DNA of 64,000 bases, from NCBI GenBank assembly GCA_963781695.1, contig CAWAGE010000001.1, forward strand, positions 79,127-143,126. The letters run 5' to 3'. The notes beneath the pieces were generated by a model, which ran no database searches, was not told the DNA's origin, and saw only the letters and a list, made by a program, of their open reading frames with translations. Of the stretch, positions 1 to 8,422 are shown in pieces. The DNA comes from an uncultured Actinomycetota bacterium (GTDB lineage Bacteria > Actinomycetota > Actinomycetes > Propionibacteriales > Nocardioidaceae). The position numbers were made by a program, and so were the translations under genes. How positions within the stretch are numbered: the first letter of the stretch is position 1; every line of letters starts with the position of its first letter.

Positions 1-30
1 GGTGCCGGCCACCAGGAGCGAGGCGGTCAC
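1..30 (-). CDS. cobQ: N-terminus of a gene running off the left edge, probably cobyric acid synthase CobQ
   Basis: GTG at 30 overlaps the upstream stop (GTGA). It reads MTASLLVAGT, resembling the actinobacterial CobQ start (..LLVAGT-TSDAGKS), and the cobalamin-operon context fits. Only 10 codons are visible. Confidence 0.5.
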   Translation of the reverse strand, partial: MTASLLVAGT

Positions 31-491
31 GGCACCGGCGTCCCCCGCACGCCACCCACCCGCACGCCACCCACCGGTACGCCGTCGACCGGCACCCGGT
101 CGTCCAGCACCCGGTCGTCCAGCACCCGGTCGCCCAGCACGCCGGGGGTGGTGAGCAGCGCACTCAGGGCGGGGGGCAGCTCGCTGAGCCCCGGCCCACC
201 GGCGTGCAGCCACGACGCGATGGCGTCGACGGCGGCGGTGTCGAGCACCTCCCGCAGCCAGACCGGACGTCCGCCGGCGCGCCGGCCCCGCGCGCCCGGC
301 ACCACGACGACCACGTCGGACTTCTCGCAGGCCAGCAGGCAGCCCGCCACGTCGACGACCGCGGCGCCCCTGGTGGCGACGCGCAGCCGCGAGAGCAGCC
401 CGTCGTGGTCGACGTCGGGATGCTTGTGCGGCGAGCCGCAGCAGCAGTCCCGGCAGACCCGCACCCGGGGTGGGGAGCCCGGCCCGGTCAC
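27..491 (-). CDS. thioredoxin-like (2Fe-2S) ferredoxin domain protein, cob-operon associated
   Basis: GTG at 491 overlaps the cbtA stop. Motifs VCRDCCCG and GCLLACEKSD plus RPVWL; low-complexity repeat tail. Confidence 0.75.
   Translation of the reverse strand: MTGPGSPPRVRVCRDCCCGSPHKHPDVDHDGLLSRLRVATRGAAVVDVAGCLLACEKSDVVVVVPGARGRRAGGRPVWLREVLDTAAVDAIASWLHAGGPGLSELPPALSALLTTPGVLGDRVLDDRVLDDRVPVDGVPVGGVRVGGVRGTPVP
45..140. repeat. 15-bp period coding tandem repeats
   Basis: CCGCACGCCACCCAC x2 (45-74) and GCACCCGGTCGTCCA x3 (92-136, third copy has one mismatch); they encode VLDDR/VRVGG pentapeptides. Confidence 0.85.
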
Positions 492-1282
492 GACGGCGAC
501 GCCGGCCCGGACCCGAGCCGGTCGACGCCCGGGGCGGAGCTCCGGACTGCCGGTGAGACGGTGCCGGCCCCGTGCCCGGCCGATCTCACCAGCAGCCCGA
601 AGACGGTTCCCAGCGTCAGCCACATGGCACCGAGCTGGGCGATCGAGGCGACCCGGAAGTCCCACAGCAGCTCCGCCGGGACGTCGGCGGGGACTCGGTC
701 CTGGGTCGAGGGCAGCGCCCACAGCACCAGGGCGACGAGCACGACGACCACGAGCACGTCCGCGCTGCGGCGTACCGGCCCGGCGCTGCCCCGGGCCGCC
801 AGCCACCGGTCGAGCGAGGCGGTGACCACCACGACGAGCAGCCCGAGCAGCACCACGAGCACGTAGAGGAGCGTCCGGCGGGTGACGGTCCCGGGGTCGC
901 CGACCGCCGGCGGGTTCGCCGGCACCGCGACGGCGGGCAGCAGCGTCAGCGTCGCGAACCCGAGGGCCGCCAGCGCCAGCGACCGAGCGTGGTCACCTCC
1001 GCCGGGGAGGCGGGGCCGGGCGCGGGCGAACACCACCGCGAAGACCACGCCGACCAGCACACCGACGACCGCGGCGGTCGCCGCGCCCACCAGCACCTGG
1101 GCGGTGCGGGAGACCAGCACCTCGCTGTGGTCGTGGCCCGCGGCACCGTCCCGGGCGGCCTCGACCAGCAGCGCACGACGGATCACCGGCTCGGTCACCA
1201 GCAGCATCGTCGCGGTGGCCACCGAACCCGCCGCGGCCCCCGCGAGGGCTCCGGCACGCAGCAGCCGCGACCAGCGGATCAC
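488..1282 (-). CDS. cbtA: cobalt transporter subunit CbtA family
   Basis: Multi-TM protein with EPVIRRALLVE, HDH, PANPPAVGDP and LLWDFRVAS motifs; follows cbtB. Confidence 0.88.
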   Translation of the reverse strand: MIRWSRLLRAGALAGAAAGSVATATMLLVTEPVIRRALLVEAARDGAAGHDHSEVLVSRTAQVLVGAATAAVVGVLVGVVFAVVFARARPRLPGGGDHARSLALAALGFATLTLLPAVAVPANPPAVGDPGTVTRRTLLYVLVVLLGLLVVVVTASLDRWLAARGSAGPVRRSADVLVVVVLVALVLWALPSTQDRVPADVPAELLWDFRVASIAQLGAMWLTLGTVFGLLVRSAGHGAGTVSPAVRSSAPGVDRLGSGPASPS

Positions 1283-1292
1283 CGCGACCCCG

Positions 1293-1508
1293 CTAGTGGC
1301 AGGGGACGCCCAGCGCGTGCCGGGCGTCGTGGGTGAGCTCGTGCAGGTACGCCGCCTGGCCGGCGCTGAGCAGCGCGCCGTTCTCCTGGAGCAGGACGTA
1401 CACCGAGAGCAGGGCCACGGCGACCAGCGCCCACGCCCACAGCGGCACAGCGACCGGAGCGGCGGGACGGAGCGGGGTGACGGGTGCAGCGAACACAGGC
1501 TTGGTCAC
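1293..1508 (-). CDS. cbtB: cobalt transporter subunit CbtB
   Basis: 71 aa, one TM helix, C-terminal LHELTHDARHALGVPCH. Confidence 0.9.
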   Translation of the reverse strand: MTKPVFAAPVTPLRPAAPVAVPLWAWALVAVALLSVYVLLQENGALLSAGQAAYLHELTHDARHALGVPCH

Positions 1509-1549
1509 GACAGGACCATTCCTTCCATACCTCGTGGACAGATCACGCC

Positions 1550-1739
1550 GCAGCCGGTCTCCTGGCTTCCGGATCGATGCCCTCCTCCTGCCTTCCCAGC
1601 GCCTGGACGCCAGTGGCAGATCACCCGTCGCGACCCCACCCGGCAGACCGGGTCGGCTCGTTCCGGGGGAGGGGACTCCCCGGTCACAGTGGCGAGGACC
1701 ACGCCGGAATCACACCGGCTTCCCGAACACTGCGGCTGC
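1550..1739 (-). ncRNA. cobalamin riboswitch
   Basis: Minus strand reads GGGAAGCCGGTGTGATTCCGGCG..GCCACTGTGA..GCCACTG..GGGAAGG..AAGCCAGGAGACC. P1 GCAGCCG/CGGCTGC closes the element; it lies upstream of cbtB. Confidence 0.93.
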
Positions 1740-1820
1740 CGGAACCCTCTCACACCGCTGCGGCCAGCGGGAAGGGCGCAACGGCGCGTGCCGCGCGTCG
1801 GTTGTGGGCAGGAGGGAGCC

Positions 1821-3029
1821 ATGACCGACCTGTTCGACGCCCCCGAGCCCGACGAGACCGACGATCGCAGTCCCGGAGTGGTCGCCGGCGGCACCGGCGA
1901 CGGCCGGCGAGAGCTGCCGCCGTTCCGCGCCGACCACGTCGGCAGCCTGCTGCGGCCGCCCGACCTGCTCCAGGCACGTGCCCGGCACGCCGCCGGCGAG
2001 ATCGACGCCGACGCGCTGCGGGAGGTCGAGGACCGCTCGGTGGCGGAGGCGGTGGCGCTCCAGCGGGACGCCGGGCTGCAGACCGCGACCGACGGCGAGC
2101 TGCGGCGGACGTCGTGGCACATGGACTTCATCTACCAGCTCGACGGGGTCGACCCGACCGACGAGACGCTGGAGGTGCACTTCCGCAACGCCGAGGGCGA
2201 CCTCGACTTCGAGTCGGCGGCGCCCCGGGTGCACGACCGGGTGGGGCTGAGCCGCACGGTCTTCGGTGACGCGTTCGCCTTCCTCGCCGAGACGGTCCGG
2301 CAGACGGCTCCCGGGCTGACCCCGAAGCTGACGATCCCCTCGCCCAGCATGGTCCACTACCGGGGCGGCCGCGCCGCGATCGACGAGAGCGTCTACCCCG
2401 ACCTGGAGCCGTTCTGGGCCGACCTGTCCGCGGCGTACGCCGAGCAGGTGCGTCGCGTGGCCGACCTGGGCTGCAGGTACCTCCAGCTGGACGACACCAG
2501 CCTGGCCTACCTCAACGACCCGGAGCAGCGCGAGCTGATGGCCGCGCAGGGCGCCGACCCCGAGCACCAGCACGAGCAGTACATCCGCACGATCAACGCC
2601 GCCGTCGCGGACCGGCCCGACGGCCTGCGCGTCACCACGCACCTGTGTCGCGGCAACTACCGCTCGTCGTGGGCGGCGCAGGGCGGCTACGACTTCGTCG
2701 CGGAGGCGCTGTTCTCCGAGCTCGCGGTGGACGGCTTCTTCCTGGAGTACGACGACGAGCGATCCGGGGGCTTCGAGCCGTTGCGGTTCGTGCCGAAGGG
2801 CAAGCAGGTGGTGCTCGGCCTGGTCACCACCAAGCACGGGAGGCTGGAGGACAAGGACACCCTGCGTCGACGGATCGACGAGGCAGCGCAGCACGTCGAC
2901 CTCGACCAGCTGTGCCTGTCCCCGCAGTGCGGCTTCTCCTCGACCGTCGAGGGCAACACGCTGACCTTGGCGGAGGAGCAGGCGAAGCTGCGGCTGGTCG
3001 TCGAGGTGGCCGAGGACGTCTGGGGCTGA
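1821..3029 (+). CDS. short single-barrel MetE-like methyltransferase (cobalamin-independent methionine synthase II family, YxjH-like)
   Basis: RADHVGSLLRP, TDGELRR, Zn ligands THLCRG / LEYD / SPQCGF; RBS GGAGGGAG before ATG 1821; 402 aa. Confidence 0.85.
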   Translation: MTDLFDAPEPDETDDRSPGVVAGGTGDGRRELPPFRADHVGSLLRPPDLLQARARHAAGEIDADALREVEDRSVAEAVALQRDAGLQTATDGELRRTSWHMDFIYQLDGVDPTDETLEVHFRNAEGDLDFESAAPRVHDRVGLSRTVFGDAFAFLAETVRQTAPGLTPKLTIPSPSMVHYRGGRAAIDESVYPDLEPFWADLSAAYAEQVRRVADLGCRYLQLDDTSLAYLNDPEQRELMAAQGADPEHQHEQYIRTINAAVADRPDGLRVTTHLCRGNYRSSWAAQGGYDFVAEALFSELAVDGFFLEYDDERSGGFEPLRFVPKGKQVVLGLVTTKHGRLEDKDTLRRRIDEAAQHVDLDQLCLSPQCGFSSTVEGNTLTLAEEQAKLRLVVEVAEDVWG

Positions 3030-3037
3030 CCCCCGAC

Positions 3038-3103
3038 CCGTTGAAGCGTCAGTCGTGGTCCGTCGAAGCGTCAGTCGTGGTCCGTCGACGCGTCAGTCCT
3101 GGC
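3038..3103. repeat. 22-bp tandem array A (3 units)
   Basis: CCGTTGAAGCGTCAGTCGTGGT / CCGTCGAAGCGTCAGTCGTGGT / CCGTCGACGCGTCAGTCCTGGC. Confidence 0.9.
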
Positions 3104-3145
3104 GAACAGCCACCCTCGGCCGTCGACGGCGAGGCCTGACACCGA

Positions 3146-3255
3146 CCACGCCTGACCTCTCAACGAACCACGCCTGACCTCTCAACGAACCAAGCGTGAC
3201 CTCTCAACGAACCACGCGTGACCACTCAATGGACCACGCGTGACCTCTCAACGAG
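3146..3255. repeat. 22-bp tandem array B (5 units), inverted relative to array A
   Basis: Consensus CCACGC(C/G)TGACCTCTCAACGAA at 3146, 3168, 3190, 3212 and 3234; resembles the reverse complement of the array A unit. Confidence 0.9.
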
Positions 3256-3276
3256 GGACGAAGAGGTGGGACGGGG

Positions 3277-3873
3277 TCAGCCGAAGAGGCGTCGCCCGCA
3301 CACCGGCCAGGGGCTGGAGCCGGACCGCGAGAACAGTGCCTGCGCCCGGGCCGTCTGCTCGCCGGCGGAGGCCCGGCTCGGCAGGCCGCGGCCGCCGACG
3401 GAGCGCCAGGTGCTGGGGCTGAACTGGTAGAGCCCGTAGTAGCCGGCCGGGTTGACTGCGCGCGGGTTGCCGCCGGACTCGCAGCGGGCCAGCGCGCCCC
3501 AGTTCAGACCGCCGACGCGACCGCCGGCGCGCGAGGGGCGGTTCGAGCGGCTCGGCGTGGCGCGGCCCTTGACGCTGCGCCACAGCATCTTGCCGACCAG
3601 GCCGGTACGACGGCGCTGGTGGGCGGCCTGCCAGCGGACGACGGCGCGGCGGGTGCTCTTCCCGTAGTAGCCGGAGGCGGGACGCACGTGCAGGTAGCGC
3701 TGCAGCGCGACGACCCGGGCGCCCTGGCTGCCGGGAGTCAGCACGATGTAGGAGCTGCGCCCGGTGCGGGCCTGGGCGGAGCCGGCGACACCGAACGTGC
3801 CGGCGACGACGGCCAGGACGAGAACAAGGGTGGTGAGCAGCCGGTGGCTGCGAGAAGGCAGGCGAAAGCGCAT
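3277..3873 (-). CDS. rpf: resuscitation-promoting factor (Rpf lytic transglycosylase) with signal peptide and peptidoglycan-binding domain
   Basis: Signal peptide; PGSQGARVVALQRYL PG-binding motif; WGALARCESGGN..YYGLYQF..TW Rpf domain. Confidence 0.9.
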   Translation of the reverse strand: MRFRLPSRSHRLLTTLVLVLAVVAGTFGVAGSAQARTGRSSYIVLTPGSQGARVVALQRYLHVRPASGYYGKSTRRAVVRWQAAHQRRRTGLVGKMLWRSVKGRATPSRSNRPSRAGGRVGGLNWGALARCESGGNPRAVNPAGYYGLYQFSPSTWRSVGGRGLPSRASAGEQTARAQALFSRSGSSPWPVCGRRLFG

Positions 3874-3883
3874 CGTGACCTCG

Positions 3884-4050
3884 ACGACGCCTGCGAAGTG
3901 AGCTGTCGGGTTCGGGCCGTAGAGGCTGGCCCGGCCGCTGGTGCGGCTTCACCCCAAGGACGACGTGGTGCCGGTGTCGCCCGGAAGTGGGTCCCCCGCT
4001 CCTGCTCCGGAGGTACGGGACCCGGCCACGGGAGCAGGATTAGGCGTCGC
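3884..4050 (-). ncRNA. cyclic di-AMP (ydaO/yuaA) riboswitch
   Basis: Minus strand reads CGCCTAATCCTGC..GCAGGAGCGGGGGACCC..TTGGGGTGAAGCC..CCGAACCCGACAGCTCACTTCGCAGGCG, directly upstream of rpf (a typical actinobacterial pairing). Confidence 0.92.
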
Positions 4051-4128
4051 GGCACGAGAGCCCGCGGAGCGGGCATGGGTACTACCGTGAGCGAGCTGCC
4101 GGGCCGTGTCAATCACCTGTGGTGTCCC

Positions 4129-5424
4129 TCACATCGTCGCGTCGACGAACGGGATCGTCTGCGGCCCCTCGGGAAGCACGCAGACCCGGGAGTGCGGTCC
4201 GGCCGCGGCCAGCGCGCTCGCCACCGTGGCGGCGACGTCGTCGGTGTGTCCGAGATGGGCAGCGGCCAGGTCGGCGGCATCGAGGTGCGCGGAGTGCACG
4301 ACCACGTCGGCACGCGCCTGCACCCGGGCCTGGACCTGCACCTGCCACTGGTCCGGCACGGTGTGCGCCCGGGCGGCGATCGCCGCCAGCAGCGCCTCCG
4401 GCGACGGGGCTGAGGAGAGCACCTCGCGGTAGGAGCCGTGGTCGGGGAAGCCGTCGCGGCACTCCGCAGCGCACACGATCGTGCCGCCCTGCCGGACCAC
4501 GGTGGCTGCCGCGGACATCCCCTTGACCGCCTGGTAGAGGTTCTGGTCCAACGGGTAGCCGGCGTTGGTGGTGACCACCACGTCGTACTGCTGCGGCACC
4601 GACTGCATCGCCAGCCGCCGCGACGCCTCCCGGGCGGCGGCGTGCATGGGGCCGAGGTCGCCGCCGAACGCCTCGACGACGGCCTGCTCACGGTTGAGCA
4701 CCACGTCGAGTGCGAAGGTGACCCCGCCGACGGCGGCCACGACGGCCCGGATGTCGTCGTGGACCGGGTTCCCCTCGCAGATCCCCCACACCGCCTGGGG
4801 ATGGCCGATCCGGGCGGCGTCGTGCAGCGTCAGCACCGTCTCGAGGCCGGCGAGGCCGGGCGCGACCAGCTTCGGGCCGCCGCTGAAGCCGGCGAAGAAG
4901 TGCGGCTCGACGAAGCCGGTGGTGATCCGCACGTCGGCGGCCACCCAGCGCCGGTTCAGCAGCACCGGTACGTCGAGCCCGTGGCGCCCCAGGTGGACCA
5001 GGGCGCCGTCGTCGCGGGCGTCGTGGTTGACCACCTCGACGCGGTCCACCACCTCGTCGCCCAGCATCGAGCGCAGCTCCGCGTCGGTGTTGCCGCGATG
5101 GGTGCCGGTGGCCACCAGGACGACGACGTCGTCGAGGTCCACGATACCGTCCAGCTGCTCCAGCACAGCCGGGACCATCAGCCGGCGGGGCTGGGGGCGG
5201 GTGCCGTCGCAGACGGCGATCGCCACCTGCTGACCGGGCCGGACCCGGTCCCGCAGCGGCGGCCCGGCGACGGGCTCCAGCAGCGCCCGGCGCAGCAGCC
5301 CCGCCTGGTCGGCGGCGGCTGCGACGTAGGTGGGCTCCACGACCGTCGTCCGGGACGCCGGGAGGTCGACGTCCAGCCCGTGCTCGCCGTAGGCGAGCCG
5401 GACCCGGACGGTGTCGACGCCCAT
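4129..5424 (-). CDS. larA: LarA-family nickel-pincer-dependent alpha-hydroxy-acid racemase/epimerase
   Basis: DGTRPQP, ATGTHRG, EPHFFAGFSGGPK, GYPLDQNLYQAVKG. ATG 5424 overlaps the MMPL stop (TGATG). Confidence 0.88.
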   Translation of the reverse strand: MGVDTVRVRLAYGEHGLDVDLPASRTTVVEPTYVAAAADQAGLLRRALLEPVAGPPLRDRVRPGQQVAIAVCDGTRPQPRRLMVPAVLEQLDGIVDLDDVVVLVATGTHRGNTDAELRSMLGDEVVDRVEVVNHDARDDGALVHLGRHGLDVPVLLNRRWVAADVRITTGFVEPHFFAGFSGGPKLVAPGLAGLETVLTLHDAARIGHPQAVWGICEGNPVHDDIRAVVAAVGGVTFALDVVLNREQAVVEAFGGDLGPMHAAAREASRRLAMQSVPQQYDVVVTTNAGYPLDQNLYQAVKGMSAAATVVRQGGTIVCAAECRDGFPDHGSYREVLSSAPSPEALLAAIAARAHTVPDQWQVQVQARVQARADVVVHSAHLDAADLAAAHLGHTDDVAATVASALAAAGPHSRVCVLPEGPQTIPFVDATM

Positions 5425-7568
5425 CAGCGACCGGCCCGTGCGGGCGCGAGGTGCCGCCCGGGGGCCGGCTCCAGCGGTGAGGGCTCCACCCGCAGGACCC
5501 GGGCCAGACCGTCGGGCAGCCACCAGTTCCACCGCCCCAGCACGCTGACCAGCGACGGCACCAGCAGCGCCCGGACGAGCGTGGCGTCGATGAGGATGCC
5601 GACGCCCAGCGCGGTGCCCAGGACCTTGATGTCGGTGCCCGGGGCCGAGGCCAGCGCGGCGAAGGCGAAGAACAGGATCAGCGCCGCGGAGGTCACCAGC
5701 CGTCCGGTCCGTCCCAGCCCGGTCACCACCGCCCTCGCGGTGGAGCCGACGTCGTCGTACTCCTCGCGCATCCGGGCGAGGATGAACACCTCGTAGTCCA
5801 TCGACAGCCCGAACAGGAACGCGAAGATCACCACCGGCAGCCAGAACGTGATGGCACCGGTTGCCGAGACACCGAACAGCAGGTCCGACCCGTGGCCCTC
5901 CTGCCAGAAGAACACCACCGCGCCGAACACCGCCGACAGCGAGACCAGGTTCAGCAGCACCGCCTTCAGCGGCAGCAGCACCGACCGGAAGGTGCGTACC
6001 AGGAGGAGGTAGGTGACGGCGGCGATGATCAGCAGCACGAACGGGAACTTCTCGTAGACCGCCTTGAAGTAGTCCTGCACGGCGGCGCCGGCGCCGGCGA
6101 CGAGCACCGGTCCGGTGGTCGCCCCCTCCACCGCGTCACGCACCGCGGCGACCACGTCGGTGCCGCGGGAGTCGACGGTCTCCTGCTCGGGAAGCACGTC
6201 GACGACCGTCGTGCCCCGGGCACTGCCGCCGACCGCAGCGGTCCGGACCCCGTCGACCTCGCGTGCCGCCGCGACGGCGGCGTCGGCCTGATCGTCGGGG
6301 ACCAGCACGTCGATGGGGGTGAGCACCCCGGACCCGATGCCGCTGTCGCGCAGCTGCTGCACCGCGGCGAAGGCGGGTCCGTTGCTGGCCAGCGAGTCGA
6401 TGCCGGCCTGCCCGATCCGCAGCCCCAGCACCGGCAGCACCAGCAGCGCCAGCGCGACCAGCGCGACCGCCGTGGCCACGAACCGGTGCGTGACGATGCC
6501 ACGGGCCCAGGCCGACCAGCCCGTCGACGCGGTGCCCTCCTTGCGGATCCGGGGCCAGTCCATGCGGGGGCCGGCCGAGGCCAGCAGCACCGGCAGCAGC
6601 GTCAGCACCACGCTGACGCTCACCAGCGGGATCAGCATGCCGCCGAAGCCCATGCTGCGCAGGAACGGCACCGGCAGCACCACCAGCGCGAGCAGGCTGA
6701 TCGCGACGGTGACCCCGGAGGCCAGCACCGCGTGGCCTGCGGTGCGCACGGCGATGACGACGGCCTCGACGTTCTCGTGGCCGTGCGCCCGCTCCTCGCG
6801 CCAGCGCGAGACCAGCAGCAGCGAGTAGTCGATCGCCACGCCCAGCCCGATCAGCGAGATGAGGAACTGCACGACGAAGCTGACGTCGTAGACGGTGGTG
6901 AGGCCGAGGACGATCAAGAAGGTGGTCAGGATCGACACCGCGGCGATCAGCATCGGCAGCAGCGCCAGGAACGAGGCGAACACGAACAGCAGCACCGCCA
7001 GCGCCCCGGTGGCCCCGATCAGGGTCTCCGCCAGCACGCTGGGCCCCTCGGTGTCGCCGCCGGCCGAGAGCAGGGCGTACGACGTCAGCCCCACGTCGAT
7101 CCCGGTCCCGGCGGCCGCGCTCTGCAGCACCGGCAGGAGCTGCTGTTCCAGACCGGGCCCGAAGCCGGCCGGCGGTGGGCCCTGCACCAGCAGGAAGGTG
7201 GTCCGGCCGTCCTCGGAGACGAACCGGTCGTCCCCGCTGGAGGCCAGGTCGACGACACGGACCGGCGCCCGGGCGCCCACCTGGCTGCGCACCGCCTCGG
7301 AGATGCGACGGACGTCGTCACGGTGGCCGGCGACGGTCTCGCCCTCCGGCACCGTCAGCACCGGCACCAGGGTGTCGGCGGTGCTGACCCCGAAGTCGCT
7401 CATCAGCGCCTTCTCGGCGTTGTCGCCAGGCTGGCCGGGCAGCGAGAAGTCGAAGGTGAGCCGGTCCGAGAGGCGACCCGCCGCGACCCCACCGGCGAGG
7501 AACAGCACCAGCCAGACGGCGACGACGACCCGCCGGTGCCTCAGGACGAGACGGGCGAACTGCTCCAC
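5424..7568 (-). CDS. MMPL-family RND transporter
   Basis: GLGVAIDYSLL and FGLSMDYEVF motifs; two-repeat TM architecture; 714 aa. Confidence 0.9.
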   Translation of the reverse strand: MEQFARLVLRHRRVVVAVWLVLFLAGGVAAGRLSDRLTFDFSLPGQPGDNAEKALMSDFGVSTADTLVPVLTVPEGETVAGHRDDVRRISEAVRSQVGARAPVRVVDLASSGDDRFVSEDGRTTFLLVQGPPPAGFGPGLEQQLLPVLQSAAAGTGIDVGLTSYALLSAGGDTEGPSVLAETLIGATGALAVLLFVFASFLALLPMLIAAVSILTTFLIVLGLTTVYDVSFVVQFLISLIGLGVAIDYSLLLVSRWREERAHGHENVEAVVIAVRTAGHAVLASGVTVAISLLALVVLPVPFLRSMGFGGMLIPLVSVSVVLTLLPVLLASAGPRMDWPRIRKEGTASTGWSAWARGIVTHRFVATAVALVALALLVLPVLGLRIGQAGIDSLASNGPAFAAVQQLRDSGIGSGVLTPIDVLVPDDQADAAVAAAREVDGVRTAAVGGSARGTTVVDVLPEQETVDSRGTDVVAAVRDAVEGATTGPVLVAGAGAAVQDYFKAVYEKFPFVLLIIAAVTYLLLVRTFRSVLLPLKAVLLNLVSLSAVFGAVVFFWQEGHGSDLLFGVSATGAITFWLPVVIFAFLFGLSMDYEVFILARMREEYDDVGSTARAVVTGLGRTGRLVTSAALILFFAFAALASAPGTDIKVLGTALGVGILIDATLVRALLVPSLVSVLGRWNWWLPDGLARVLRVEPSPLEPAPGRHLAPARAGR

Positions 7569-7631
7569 GGGGACCTCCAGGGTCAGGGCGGGATCAGGGC
7601 GGGATCAGGTGGGACGGGCCGGGCGTGCCGC

Positions 7632-8333
7632 TCAGAACAGCATCGGCAGCACCAGCAGCATGGTCGTGGACCAGGTGACGTGGGTCAGCACGGGGGCCAG
7701 CACGCCGCCGGAGGCACGCCGCTCCAGGCCGACGACGAGACCGAGCAGCAGCGCGGCGAACCCGAGCATCACGTTCCCCGTCGCCAGGGTGGCCACGGTG
7801 TAGGCGCCGGCGCTGACCAGGACCGGATGGTGCGGCACGGCGGCGTACAGCGCGCCGCGGAAGAACAGCTCCTCGGCGACGCCGTTGAGCACCGTGATCA
7901 CCACCAGCACCGGGGTCACGCCGGCCGAGGCGTGGTCGAGGACGTGGCTGACCTGCCGGTCCAGGAACGGCACCTCGCGCACCGCGAGCGCGCCCACCAC
8001 GAACGCCCCCGCCAGCACCAGCCCGAGCAGGACGCCGCCGAGCACGGGGCGGCCGAGCTCGTCACGCCCGGGCCGAGCCACCCGGCCCAGGTAGAGCGGT
8101 CCCGACGCGAACGCGCCGACCGTCCACACCGCGGCGAGCAGCAGGGTGGCGCCGTAGAAGGCGGGGTTCCCGGGCTCGATGGCCAGCGACCAGGCCAGCA
8201 CCCCGGCGCCGAGCACGACCACGGCGGCGGTGACGGCCTGCCGGACCCGGAACGGCCGCGGGTCCTGCCGGTGGTTCCGCGGAGCCTTGTCCCACAGCAG
8301 CGTGCGGACGCTGCGCTGGAGCGAGCCGATCAC
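7632..8333 (-). CDS. CPBP/Abi-family intramembrane glutamic endopeptidase
   Basis: AEELFFRG and THVTWS motifs; RBS GGAGG before GTG 8333. Confidence 0.85.
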   Translation of the reverse strand: MIGSLQRSVRTLLWDKAPRNHRQDPRPFRVRQAVTAAVVVLGAGVLAWSLAIEPGNPAFYGATLLLAAVWTVGAFASGPLYLGRVARPGRDELGRPVLGGVLLGLVLAGAFVVGALAVREVPFLDRQVSHVLDHASAGVTPVLVVITVLNGVAEELFFRGALYAAVPHHPVLVSAGAYTVATLATGNVMLGFAALLLGLVVGLERRASGGVLAPVLTHVTWSTTMLLVLPMLF

Positions 8334-8422
8334 AGGACCTCCAGCCGGGTGGTGCGCGCCGGGACGGGGAGCAGGTGAGGAGACGCCCACGGTACCGGGC
8401 CCGGGCAACGCGCCGGTGACGC

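Noticed and set aside
492-806. N-terminal extension of the 27-806 ORF
   Set aside because: It overlaps cbtA; the GTGA-coupled start at 491 is more plausible.
3038-3255. CRISPR array
   Set aside because: The units are contiguous with no unique spacers, and no cas genes are present.
7584-7615. Short CAGGGCGGGAT repeats upstream of MMPL
   Set aside because: Only 2-3 imperfect 11-mers in GC-rich DNA; could be chance or minor slippage.
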